Origin: a bacterium
GTDB lineage: Bacteria; SZUA-182; DTGQ01; JAFGSM01
Reading direction: 5' to 3'
Length of the DNA: 31,566 nt
Assembly (NCBI GenBank): GCA_049472415.1
Contig: JBLIRS010000001.1
Coordinates: 1 to 31,566, forward strand
A model generated the notes under the pieces. The model did not search any database, was not told the DNA's origin, and saw only the letters and a list, made by a program, of their open reading frames with translations. Positions 8,102-17,806 of the stretch are shown here, in pieces (positions within the stretch are counted from its first letter, which is position 1; each line of letters begins with the position of its first letter). The position numbers and the translations under genes were made by a program.

Positions 8102-9487
8102 ATGCAGAAGAAATTTGTCTTAACCGTTTTATCTTTTCTCTTGATATTATTATTCCTGTTCAACGGAGAGCTTTTTTCTCAATATGATCAAAATAACTTT
8201 ATTTTTGCGGGCAATTATCCTTTTTCCATATATAACCTATATAATATATATCCCTATTCATGGATATATCAGTCAATGAATCTTCAAGATGATTCTTTGC
8301 AAAGCAGAAATAGGGCGATTTATCTGCCATATTCATCATTAAATAATACCTCAAACAACTATAACTCGTTACAAATGACATATTTTGACTATATTACCGG
8401 CAATCCTGTTTTATCTTACAATTTTTCACCCTATATAAATCCCTTCACCGCCCGGTTTCAACCAAGTGGTTTATCCTTAATTAATTCATCTGTCCCGATA
8501 TTTGATAATCTTTTCACTGATCCGCTCCAAAGCAATAATCTGCTTTTGAAAAGAGCTTCTGTAACTGATTCGATTGTGCCTCTTTTATCTATGTTTTCAC
8601 AAACAGAGGTCTCAAATTCCAAAAGTCGATTAGCCCTGGTTGAAGATGCGGAGAGCGTAAACACCGAAGAAATTGACCTTACGCCAGAGGTTATGGCTCT
8701 GGCCACTGAGCTGACATATTATGTTTTGACTCTTGCAGATAGTATGGCATCACAAATGAATAATTTTCAAGTTCTTGCCATGGAAACACAACCCAATTTT
8801 GCTGAATCTCTGGAAGCATTTATGGGAAATGCCATGGGTTGCTCAACCGAGGGACAGAGCTTTGTAGAAAGTGTACTTCCCATGGCAATGGGTTTTGCCG
8901 AGCAGGGAATGGAAATGGCGGCTGCATTCGCTGAAAAAGGCATGGAACTTGGTTATGAGTTTGCCTCCAGAGGTGAAGAAGTTGGTCCCATGGCAAACCG
9001 CATACTTTTCATGGCCACTCAAATCGGTGTTATGGCTGACCGGATTGGTGAGATGTCGGACCGTATCCTTTTTATGGCGGATGATATAGTTAAATTCGGC
9101 GATAAGATCCTCTATGTATCCCAGCTTATTGTCTACACGGAACAATTGATGGTAAATATGACCGTGCTGATAAATGAAACTATTGATACCATTTCGGATA
9201 TGATTCTAACAATGATGGCAATCACGACCAATAATGAAGTTTACTTAGAGTTGCGTGCTGACTTATTAAAGAATGAAAATCAGTCACTTAATCTTATTTA
9301 TGAAAATATGAACAAGATGCTCGACCATATGTTGGAATATTCACTCAAGCTATTGGAAAACGAGGCATTGACAGAAGAACATCAATTGGCTGTCAGAGAA
9401 TTGGAAATAGAACTGAGAGAAACTACGATGAGCGCAAATGATTGTTATTGTCCCGGGTTTTGCGTGGACCCAAATCAGTGTATCTGA
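8102..9487 (+). CDS. Secreted hypothetical protein: signal peptide, Tyr/Asn/Ser-rich N-region, Met-rich helical repeats, C-terminal Cys cluster
   Basis: 461 aa; MQKK plus hydrophobic core ending FSQ; xxMAxRI-type heptads at aa 295-343; ends CYCPGFCVDPNQCI; SD GGGAGG. Confidence 0.8.
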   Translation: MQKKFVLTVLSFLLILLFLFNGELFSQYDQNNFIFAGNYPFSIYNLYNIYPYSWIYQSMNLQDDSLQSRNRAIYLPYSSLNNTSNNYNSLQMTYFDYITGNPVLSYNFSPYINPFTARFQPSGLSLINSSVPIFDNLFTDPLQSNNLLLKRASVTDSIVPLLSMFSQTEVSNSKSRLALVEDAESVNTEEIDLTPEVMALATELTYYVLTLADSMASQMNNFQVLAMETQPNFAESLEAFMGNAMGCSTEGQSFVESVLPMAMGFAEQGMEMAAAFAEKGMELGYEFASRGEEVGPMANRILFMATQIGVMADRIGEMSDRILFMADDIVKFGDKILYVSQLIVYTEQLMVNMTVLINETIDTISDMILTMMAITTNNEVYLELRADLLKNENQSLNLIYENMNKMLDHMLEYSLKLLENEALTEEHQLAVRELEIELRETTMSANDCYCPGFCVDPNQCI

Positions 9488-9574
9488 TAGATTTTAAGGA
9501 AATTATATATGATGTTTTAAACGAAGAAAAAGGTTGGAGGGATTGATCGGCCATTGGCACTCTTAAGAAGATCT

Positions 9575-10084
9575 TTACTCCCGGTTACGGCTGGCCATGT
9601 TAAGATATAATTCGATCTCCTGCTCAAAATTGGGAGTAAAAATTCCGCTTCCTAATTGTTTCGTGATTTCCTCTATTTCCCAAAAACGGATCTCATCAAT
9701 CTCATCCTTATTAAAATCAATATGTCCATCGAATCTGCATAAATAACTTCGTATGTTCTCCGATTCTATTTCGTTTCTCATCTTGTAGTCATACAGATAG
9801 TCCAGGTCCACATTTTTAATTCCCAATTCCTCCTCAAGCTCTCTATAGGCCGCCTTTTCATATGATTCTCCGGATTCAACATGTCCTCCTACCGATGTGT
9901 CCCATTTCCCGGGTTGAATATCCTTGTTCATTGACCTTTTTTGAAGTAATAACAGGCCGGCAGAATTGAAGATTAATATATGTGCGGCCCGGTGGATAAG
10001 CCTTGGATTTCCATGACATTCGCTTCTTAATGCTTTATCTATAATCTTGTTGTCCTCTGTGACTATATCGATATATTCCTGCAT
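9575..10084 (-). CDS. Nudix hydrolase (Idi/YfcD-like)
   Basis: Nudix box GGHVESGESYEKAAYRELEEELGI; LLLQKRS...PGKWDTSVGGH. ATG 10084 (MQEYIDIV) is more plausible than the track's longer start at 10135. Confidence 0.88.
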   Translation of the reverse strand: MQEYIDIVTEDNKIIDKALRSECHGNPRLIHRAAHILIFNSAGLLLLQKRSMNKDIQPGKWDTSVGGHVESGESYEKAAYRELEEELGIKNVDLDYLYDYKMRNEIESENIRSYLCRFDGHIDFNKDEIDEIRFWEIEEITKQLGSGIFTPNFEQEIELYLNMASRNRE

Positions 10085-10328
10085 CTTATCACAATCATTA
10101 AATACAAAATGCAAATTTAAAATTGCAAAATGCAAAATAATGAAATTTGGTGTGTATTCCTTTTTTGATTAATTGTTTACGATGGTATTTTAACATTTTT
10201 TAATTTGTATTTTCCACCAATAAAATGTCTGCCTGTTTTATCAGGCCCTTTTAGGGTCAGTTATTTTATATAAATCCGGTCCGCGTGATGTATGATATCA
10301 TTAATTTATAATATAAATCAGAGATATC

Positions 10329-10357
10329 TTGACATTAAGAAAATTGTCATGTATTCT
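10329..10357 (+). promoter_or_regulatory. Putative sigma70 promoter for cooS with overlapping TGACA-N10-TGTCA palindrome
   Basis: TTGACA (10329-10334), N17, TATTCT (10352-10357); TGTCA at 10345-10349 is the inverted copy of TGACA at 10330-10334. Confidence 0.5.
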
Positions 10358-10593
10358 TTTTAAGCTGATATATTTGTTTCATAGAATATATATATAAATA
10401 TATTTATGTATGCTTTGTAACCGGATGTAGATAATCGTTTATAAAACTTCAAGATTTCAGGATTTTTCGAAAAAAGGGCATCTTCAATCCATCCGCCAGC
10501 ACCTGAAAATCTTTTCTGATCTGGTAAAGCAAATTAATTTCATATTGTAAATGACTCAGATCATTCTGATAATCAACCGAAAGGAGTTAAGAA

Positions 10594-12576
10594 ATGTCTG
10601 ATTCCAAAAATTCTGAATCTCAAAAGAAGAATTTGAATATAAGCGAGGTAACCACATGTGAAGCAACAGCTCAGATGCTGGAAAAAGCCCAGAGGGACGG
10701 TATCGAGATCGCCTTTCATCGCGCACAATCCATGAAGCCATGTCCCATCGGTGTGGACTCAGCCTGCTGTAAACATTGTTCCATGGGGCCCTGCCGGTTG
10801 GTTGCCAAGGATCCTTATAGCAAGGTTGGGGTTTGCGGCGCTACCATAGACACCATAATGGCCCGGAATTTTGCGCGAATGGTAGCAAGCGGTGCAGCGG
10901 CCCACACGGATCATGGCATGAGTATGCTGGATCTCTTTCGTGAAGTTGTTAATGGCCATATCAGTGATTACAAAATTAAGGACACGGCTAAATTGAGGAA
11001 TGTTGCGGAAGAAATGGGCATCGACACCAAGGATCTTTCTGTAAAGGAAATGGCAAACCGCCTTTATGAAGAGCTGGAACGTACATATACCCAGGTGGAG
11101 GGTGAAATACCTTTTACAAAGAGGGTTCCTCAAAAAACACTCGAGACATGGAGGAAACATGGCGTTGTTCCCCGCGGGGCCATGCGGGAGATAATGGAGC
11201 TGATGCACAGGACCCACATGGGGGTGGATCAGGATTATAAAAATATAACAAAGCAGTGTACACGCACGGCTTTAGCAGATGGCTGGGGCGGTTCCATGGT
11301 GGCCACGGAGATCTCGGATATCTTGTTCGGCACTCCACAGCCTGTTGCGGCAGAAGTTAACATGGGGTGTCTTGAGGAAGAGCAGGTTAATATAATTATC
11401 CATGGCCATGAACCCAATCTTTTCGAATCCATGCTTGCATCAGTGGAGGATAGCTCTTTAGTCGAAGCTGCAAAAAATGCAGGGGCAAAAGGGATCAATC
11501 TGGTTGGGATGTGTTGTTCAGGGGCGGAAATGCTTTCACGACACGGTATCCCCCATGCGGGTAATTTTATGTCCACAGAGGCCATTCTCATTACTGGCGC
11601 AGTGGATGCAATGGGCGTGGACGTCCAATGCATCAAGCAAGGACTATCGAAGGTGGCCGATTGTTACGGTACCAGGCTTTTTACAACAAATCCTAGATGC
11701 CGGATCGAAGGGGCTGAGCATATCGAATTCAATGAGCATGAGCCCAGAAAGTGTACTGACCAGATTGTGAAAATAGCCATTGAGAGATTCAAGGGGCGTA
11801 AACTGCCCATCGAGATACCAAAACAGCATAATACGGGTATACATGGTTTCTCTCATGAATACGTAAATTATATGCTTGGAGGGAGATTCAGGAGTTCTTA
11901 TACCCCTCTCAATTCAAACATCATTAACGGAAGGATTCGTGGAGTGGCAGGTGTAGTCGGCTGTACAAATCCCAGAGTCAAGCAGGACTGGGTGCATGTT
12001 GAGCTCGTAAAGGAATTGATCAAGCACAATGTGCTGGTTGTCCAGACGGGCTGTTCACAGATCGCCCTGGCAAAGGCAGGCCTTTTGCTTCCCGAAGCTG
12101 CTGAATTGGCTGGCCCCGGTCTTAAAGAGGTTTGCGAGGCCGTTGGCATGCCTCCAGTGCTTGGACTGGGTTCATGTGTAGATAACAGCCGGATTCTGAC
12201 TGCCTGTGCCGAGATGGTTAAGGTAGGCGGCCTGGGTAACAGCATCGCAGACCTTCCGGTTGCGGGGGCCGCTCCTGAATGGATGAGTGAGAAGGCAATC
12301 TCTATCGGGCATTATTTTGTTGGTTCAGGCGTATATACCGTTTTCGGAGTGACCTTCCCGATCGTTGAAAAGACAAAATTTCACGAGTTGCTCTTTGATG
12401 GGCTCGAGAAGCTTGAGTTCGGCAAATGGGGATACGAAGCAGATCCTTATAAGATGGCACAGATGATGATTGAGCACATAGACATGAAGAGGAAGGCCCT
12501 GGGTATTGATAAGGCAAAAGAGAGGGTACTTATGGATATGAAGGCTCGCCGGGAACTTGATGCCGCTGCGGTATAA
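10594..12576 (+). CDS. cooS: Anaerobic [NiFe] carbon monoxide dehydrogenase catalytic subunit
   Basis: 660 aa. D/B-cluster motif CPIGVDSACCKHCSMGPC...GVCGA; catalytic His in AAAHTDH; C-cluster ligands GHEP, GMCCSG, VDVQC, GCTNP, TGCS, GSCVDNSR; MSEKA Lys; SD AAGGAG. Confidence 0.96.
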   Translation: MSDSKNSESQKKNLNISEVTTCEATAQMLEKAQRDGIEIAFHRAQSMKPCPIGVDSACCKHCSMGPCRLVAKDPYSKVGVCGATIDTIMARNFARMVASGAAAHTDHGMSMLDLFREVVNGHISDYKIKDTAKLRNVAEEMGIDTKDLSVKEMANRLYEELERTYTQVEGEIPFTKRVPQKTLETWRKHGVVPRGAMREIMELMHRTHMGVDQDYKNITKQCTRTALADGWGGSMVATEISDILFGTPQPVAAEVNMGCLEEEQVNIIIHGHEPNLFESMLASVEDSSLVEAAKNAGAKGINLVGMCCSGAEMLSRHGIPHAGNFMSTEAILITGAVDAMGVDVQCIKQGLSKVADCYGTRLFTTNPRCRIEGAEHIEFNEHEPRKCTDQIVKIAIERFKGRKLPIEIPKQHNTGIHGFSHEYVNYMLGGRFRSSYTPLNSNIINGRIRGVAGVVGCTNPRVKQDWVHVELVKELIKHNVLVVQTGCSQIALAKAGLLLPEAAELAGPGLKEVCEAVGMPPVLGLGSCVDNSRILTACAEMVKVGGLGNSIADLPVAGAAPEWMSEKAISIGHYFVGSGVYTVFGVTFPIVEKTKFHELLFDGLEKLEFGKWGYEADPYKMAQMMIEHIDMKRKALGIDKAKERVLMDMKARRELDAAAV

Positions 12577-12602
12577 TTATTGAATATTTTATGGATATTG
12601 TC

Positions 12603-12640
12603 GGGACCGGGTCTGCTCAACACGCAGACCCGACCCTTTA
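12603..12640. terminator. GC-rich hairpin between convergent cooS and nucleotidyltransferase
   Basis: CGGGTCTGC (12608-12616), 7-nt loop, GCAGACCCG (12624-12632), extended by GGG/CCC and followed by TTT. Confidence 0.55.
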
Positions 12641-12661
12641 ACTCAAGATATGAGTTTAAGT

Positions 12662-13978
12662 CTAAGGTCTTGGCCCTTCGGGGACCAGGTCGATGCATCT
12701 TATATTTAAATCCCCGCCCGGTTTTACGTCCACGGTTTTTTCCTTAATATCTTTATCTATTACACCACCTACTATAATTGAGGTTTCGATTTCGACTTTT
12801 TCTCTTACCTCTCTTATCCTGCTGATTTTGGGTGTCAAAATGTTATGGGTTTGCATGAAATTATAATGAGGCCATAATACGGCATCTTTTATTTTTGCCT
12901 CTCTGTGAACCACCCAGCCGTCCCCTAAAACAACATTGGGGCCGATAACCGCACCCGGAAATATGGTACAGTCATGACCTATTACTACAGGTGAATTTAT
13001 AGTTATTTGATCCAGATCAGTCTCGACATTAGCTCCCATCCATCCCCAGGGGTATTTATAATAAGGTAAGTCAATCTGGATTTTCCCCTGAAGTATGGCT
13101 TCGTTGACGGATAAATAATCCCTCTTGTTTCCGATATCATACCAGAATGTTCCGGGCTCATATCCATATAAATCATCTTTTCTTTTTGTCAAAAATTCCA
13201 AATGCCGGACCTTGCCCTTCATACCCATAAACACGTGTTTTCCAAAATCATAACAGGGCTCATCCAAGCCGACCCTGGCCTCGGTAAGATACTGCTTCAG
13301 CTCTAACAAAAAATCCGTTTCCATTATGTAATTTGAGGCATTATTAAGATTGCTGGGAGAGTTTGGATCTTTTTCTATAAAATCCGTGATTCTGGCATAT
13401 GTCCTTGGCGGAATACTTTTCGTGTCCTTATAACCATCCATAGTAACGGTCCCGAAATCCCTTCTTCGCTCCCAGGGTATCGGGGCAAGCATCATTGTCG
13501 CTACAGCACCATGTTTTTTATGAAAGTCCAGCATCTCTTCCAATTGCTCTTTTTTTATTCCTGATACGATGTCCCCGCTGGGGATAAACACCCTTTCAGG
13601 ACTAAAGCCTCGTTTGCGGAACTCTTCAACCATTTTAATTGCGCCGCCAAGGGTTCCGCTTGGGGTGGATTCATTGACATAAACTATATCCGCCAAAAAT
13701 TTCTTGCCTTCTTTAAAATGTTCTTTAATGGATTCAGGTACACGGTGGAGATTCATTGCAATTTTATTCATTCCTGCATCTACAAACTTACGGACCCAAA
13801 GCTCAACAATCGGTAATTTGCCGCCCAGCGGGAAGGCCGGTTTTGCGATAATATTTGAGATCGGTTCAAGGCGTCTGGCTACACCGGCAGCCAGAATGCA
13901 AACCCCGATATTCTCCCCGGTTTTGTTTTTTGTTTGATTTTCTGTTTCATTGCTTCTTATATTTATGGGCATGATCAA
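12662..13978 (-). CDS. NDP-sugar pyrophosphorylase / nucleotidyltransferase (mannose-1-P guanylyltransferase- or GlgC-like) with C-terminal hexapeptide beta-helix
   Basis: 438 aa; CILAAGVARRLEP...AKPAFPLGG, SGDIVS, DFIEKDP, YDFGKHVF, WYDIGN, and a hexapeptide region VVIGHDCTIFPGAVIGPNVVLG. Start may be ATG 13972. Confidence 0.85.
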   Translation of the reverse strand: MIMPINIRSNETENQTKNKTGENIGVCILAAGVARRLEPISNIIAKPAFPLGGKLPIVELWVRKFVDAGMNKIAMNLHRVPESIKEHFKEGKKFLADIVYVNESTPSGTLGGAIKMVEEFRKRGFSPERVFIPSGDIVSGIKKEQLEEMLDFHKKHGAVATMMLAPIPWERRRDFGTVTMDGYKDTKSIPPRTYARITDFIEKDPNSPSNLNNASNYIMETDFLLELKQYLTEARVGLDEPCYDFGKHVFMGMKGKVRHLEFLTKRKDDLYGYEPGTFWYDIGNKRDYLSVNEAILQGKIQIDLPYYKYPWGWMGANVETDLDQITINSPVVIGHDCTIFPGAVIGPNVVLGDGWVVHREAKIKDAVLWPHYNFMQTHNILTPKISRIREVREKVEIETSIIVGGVIDKDIKEKTVDVKPGGDLNIRCIDLVPEGPRP

Positions 13979-14372
13979 ATAGCTTTTCCTTTCCTTTTAA
14001 ATCAAAAAATCAGATAAATTCTAGCAGATTAGGAGCAAAAGCAGATTTTTTAAAAATTTATTAGTTATACCTGGTTGATGTAATTACAAGGAATATTTTT
14101 CTTAAACGTTATATTAGTATAATTCATTATCCAAATTAATGTCAATTTATTTTTTGGTTATATATCGAAGTCAGAGAATATGAAAAAAAATTCGGAAATG
14201 TATTTTGAATTTACTGATGATTTGTTATAAAATGTAAGCCTTTTGAAATTTCGTAACACTTTAATTGCTTCTAAGAGACAAGGTTGGGTCAGTAACAAAT
14301 TAAATTTTAAGCAGTGCTCATTTAATACTCGAATGGGTCATTGAATTACATAAAATTATTTTTTAAAGATTA

Positions 14373-14864
14373 ATGAAATATAATCTGGAAAAATTATCTG
14401 ATGAATACAGAAAGCCTGTTATTGATATCTTCAATTATTTCATAGAGAACAGCTTCGCAGCTTTTCCTGAAATCAGGGTAGATTATGATTTTTATGACAA
14501 GATTTTAAATATGTCAAGAGGTTATCCCTCAGTTGTTGTAAAGGATAATATTGAAAATGTCATAGGCTTTGCTTTTTTGCATGCGTATCATCCTATAGAG
14601 ACGTTTAAAAGGGTTGCTGAAATCAGTTATTTCATAATGCCCGAATATACCAGAAAGGGGATAGGGAAAAACATCCTTGATCGCTTTTATGATAATGCAA
14701 AGATATTAAAGATAGATTCCATTTTGGCCTGTATATCATCCTTAAATGAAAAAAGTATAAGGTTTCACCTGAAAAACGGTTTTAAGGAATGCGGAAGGTT
14801 TAAAAATATCGGCAGAAAGTTCGGGATGGATTTTGATGTGATTTGGATGCAGAAAATAATCTGA
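14373..14864 (+). CDS. GNAT N-acetyltransferase (phosphinothricin/methionine-sulfoximine acetyltransferase-like)
   Basis: 163 aa; IFNYFIENSFAAF, EISYFIMPEYTRKGIGK acetyl-CoA motif, NEKSIRFHLKNGF...G+KFG...DVIWMQK. Confidence 0.88.
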   Translation: MKYNLEKLSDEYRKPVIDIFNYFIENSFAAFPEIRVDYDFYDKILNMSRGYPSVVVKDNIENVIGFAFLHAYHPIETFKRVAEISYFIMPEYTRKGIGKNILDRFYDNAKILKIDSILACISSLNEKSIRFHLKNGFKECGRFKNIGRKFGMDFDVIWMQKII

Positions 14865-14928
14865 TCCTGATTCAATGACTTTTTTACAAACTTATCAATT
14901 TCTTTTATGAAATGTAAGGAGAATCTTT

Positions 14929-15936
14929 ATGGGGAAATTCAACCAAAAGAGTTTGGTTTGGCTGGCTTTTTTTTGTTTTTGCTTGCTGACTTTTGGATGT
15001 GCCAAAAAAGAAGAGTATAAATTAAGCGTCAATGTTTCTGAAGAAACTCCCTGGGGAAAAGGTGCAGCCATGTTTGCCGAACTTGTATTCGAGAGATCCA
15101 TGGGGAAGATCCGTATAAAACCATATTATAATATGGTGCTTGCTGCAGGAGACCAGATGAGGGAGATAAGTCTGATCAAATCAGGGGGGATAGACTTTTC
15201 ACTCAATTCAACCATAAATTATACTCCTACTATCCCTGAGCTGAATGTGTTTTCGCTGCCGTTTCTTTTTCCGGATTATTCAGCCGTAGATAGAGCCCTT
15301 TCTTCGGAACCCGGTAAAATGATAGAAGAGATTCTCTCAAAACATAATATGATCGTTCTGGGGTGGGGTGAAAATGGTTTCAGGGAGTTGACAAACAGAT
15401 TAAAAAATGTCGTAAATCCTGAAGATCTTAAGGGTATGAAGGTAAGGGTTTGTTCCCCTTTGTATATCGATATTTTTAAGGCATTAAATGCCGATCCGGT
15501 GGCTATGGTTTGGGCGGAAGCTTTGACGGCCTTTAGAAAGGGAGTTGTCGATGCAGAAGAAAATCCTGTTGTGGGCGTGATCATGCCCTACGAGATTGCT
15601 GATTATCATAAGTATCTCACATTATGGCATTATTCCTACGACGCGCTGGTTTTAAGCTGCAATAAAGACGTTTGGAATACATTTACAACCCAGCAACAGA
15701 ATCTATTAAAGGTATGTGCCCAGAAGGCTATGGAATATCAAAAAGAATTGGCCAGATCCGGATTAGAAGAGGCATTGAAGATTTTAGAGGAAGAAAAAGG
15801 GGTGACGATCAGTCAGCTTTCTCTAATGCAGAGATACACATTTCGTCGAGAAACAAGTTCTGTATATAATAAATATGCGGATAAGATCGGTTGGGACCTT
15901 GTAAAGGCATTTGAAAAATCAATACAATCAAAATGA
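14929..15936 (+). CDS. dctP: TRAP transporter substrate-binding protein (lipoprotein)
   Basis: 335 aa; lipobox-like LTFG|C; FSLPFLF, GWGENGFRELTN, DLKGMKVRV (conserved carboxylate-binding Arg), GVVDAEENP. Confidence 0.92.
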   Translation: MGKFNQKSLVWLAFFCFCLLTFGCAKKEEYKLSVNVSEETPWGKGAAMFAELVFERSMGKIRIKPYYNMVLAAGDQMREISLIKSGGIDFSLNSTINYTPTIPELNVFSLPFLFPDYSAVDRALSSEPGKMIEEILSKHNMIVLGWGENGFRELTNRLKNVVNPEDLKGMKVRVCSPLYIDIFKALNADPVAMVWAEALTAFRKGVVDAEENPVVGVIMPYEIADYHKYLTLWHYSYDALVLSCNKDVWNTFTTQQQNLLKVCAQKAMEYQKELARSGLEEALKILEEEKGVTISQLSLMQRYTFRRETSSVYNKYADKIGWDLVKAFEKSIQSK

Positions 15937-16058
15937 ATTCAGATATATAATAACTAAGGGGTAACATTTGTTGACATTCTATTAAATCTCTGATTTAATT
16001 TTTATCGACCTTTTTTCATGTTTAAGAAACAAGTCCATTAGGATTGAATCTAAGACCT

Positions 16059-16532
16059 ATGAAGAAATTAGTTTTAATTTTCCGGTATCTAGAAGAAGCT
16101 GCCTGTGCAATATTACTAATTTTAATGGTTATAATAAGCACTATTAATATAATAACACGATTTTTGCCGGGAATTTCTTTCGCTGCTTCTGAAGAGCTTG
16201 TTGTCAACCTTTTTGTCTGGTTGACATTGCTTGGAGGGGTTGTCGCGGTAAAACATAAGGCACATCTGGCAATTACATTCATCACACGAAAAATTCCGGA
16301 AAGATTTCAAGGTGCCTTTATTTTGCTTCAATGGCTTGCCATATCCATAGTATTCGTGCTTTTACTATTTTACGGTACTATAGATACATGGTCGGAATAC
16401 AGGTCAGGGATGATGACTTACTCGCTCGGATGGCCTTTTTGGTTTTTTACCCTTTCTTTGCCTGTAGGAAGTTTGCTTTTTCTCATCAGGTTTTCTCAGG
16501 CAGCCTTGAATGATTTGAAGAGCCTAAGATGA
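16059..16532 (+). CDS. dctQ: TRAP transporter small permease
   Basis: Four TM segments; SEELVVNLFVWLTLLGG...KAHLAI pattern. ATG 16059 preferred over TTG 16044. Confidence 0.9.
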   Translation: MKKLVLIFRYLEEAACAILLILMVIISTINIITRFLPGISFAASEELVVNLFVWLTLLGGVVAVKHKAHLAITFITRKIPERFQGAFILLQWLAISIVFVLLLFYGTIDTWSEYRSGMMTYSLGWPFWFFTLSLPVGSLLFLIRFSQAALNDLKSLR

Positions 16533-17806
16533 TGTCTCCCGGCATATGGCTCTATATTATTTTTTTTCTGCTCCTTATTTGTGGAGTGCCTATTGCGGTC
16601 TGTCTGGGATTGGCGGGAATTTCTATAATTATAACCTCATCACTTGGGATTCAGGTATTACCGACCATAGTTTTTGCAAGTATCGCAAAACCGTCTCTAG
16701 TGGCCATACCTTTTTTTATACTGGCAGGTGTTATCTTTTATCGTATAGGCATTGCAGAAAGGCTTATTCGTCTGGTAAAGCTTTTAGTTGGTCCCATACC
16801 CGGTGGATTGGCCATTGTAACAGTTCTGTCCGCGTTAATATTGGGCGCGAACACTGGCTCCGGGCCCGCAGAGACGGCAGCTCTGGGATCAGTTTTGATT
16901 CCCGGTTTAACGGAGGCCGGTTACCCAAAGCCTTTTGTAACAGCCCTGGTGGCGACATCGAGCGGACTCGCCATAGTCATACCTCCAAGCATCGGATTTA
17001 TTATTTACGGTGCCATTACAGGCACCTCCATATCAAAACTCTTTATTGCTGGCATTATCCCTGGCCTGATTCTGGGGCTTGCTTTGATAGGGATGATCTT
17101 CTTTGTTTCTTACAGACGGGGATATAAAGGGGAAAGCTTCGGCACAATTAAGGAAATCTGCCATGCATTGAAGGAGGCAATATGGGCATTATTGGCCCCG
17201 ATAATCATTTTAGGCGGGATTTATCTGGGGATCTTTACACCAACAGAGGCAGGGGCTGTTGCCGTGTTATACGGACTTTTCGTGGGATATGTGCTCTATC
17301 GCAATATAAATTTATCAATGCTTTACAAAATCCTTGTCGAGTCTGCCGAAATTACTGCAGTAGTTATGATTATTGTGGCTTTAGCAGGAATATTCGGATG
17401 GACCAACGTTACACTTGGCGTTATTGAAAAGGTGTCGCAATTTCTTGTGCATTCGACTGCTCATGTGCCCGTATTACTATTTTTTATTACCTCTGGTCTG
17501 TTGGTGGCAGGCACGGTAATGGACCCTGTAACACTGTATTTTATAACACTGCCCATTTTAATCCCCGTGGTTCATAAATTTCAATGGAATCCTATCTGGT
17601 TCGGTGTAGTGGTGACCATCGCATTGGCAATCGGCCAGGTCACTCCTCCTGTAGCGGTGAATCTGTATGTTGCATGCAAGATCGCTGATCTGTCAATAGA
17701 GGATGTGGCATGGGAAGCCTTTCGTTTTGCCTTTGCGGCCTTTATTGGATTGTTGATTGTATTATATGTTCCTATCCTGGCGACCTGGCTGCCATCATTG
17801 ATGTGA
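16529..17806 (+). CDS. dctM: TRAP transporter large permease
   Basis: 425 aa polytopic membrane protein; LVAIPFFILAG, SGPAETAA, IPPSIGFIIYG, GIFTPTEA, TPPVAVNLYV. ATGA overlap with dctQ. Confidence 0.93.
   Translation: MMSPGIWLYIIFFLLLICGVPIAVCLGLAGISIIITSSLGIQVLPTIVFASIAKPSLVAIPFFILAGVIFYRIGIAERLIRLVKLLVGPIPGGLAIVTVLSALILGANTGSGPAETAALGSVLIPGLTEAGYPKPFVTALVATSSGLAIVIPPSIGFIIYGAITGTSISKLFIAGIIPGLILGLALIGMIFFVSYRRGYKGESFGTIKEICHALKEAIWALLAPIIILGGIYLGIFTPTEAGAVAVLYGLFVGYVLYRNINLSMLYKILVESAEITAVVMIIVALAGIFGWTNVTLGVIEKVSQFLVHSTAHVPVLLFFITSGLLVAGTVMDPVTLYFITLPILIPVVHKFQWNPIWFGVVVTIALAIGQVTPPVAVNLYVACKIADLSIEDVAWEAFRFAFAAFIGLLIVLYVPILATWLPSLM

Noticed and set aside
10440-10530. Known riboswitch (NiCo, cobalamin, Moco, TPP) upstream of cooS
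   Set aside because: Core consensus elements could not be found by eye; kept only as an unassigned hairpin.
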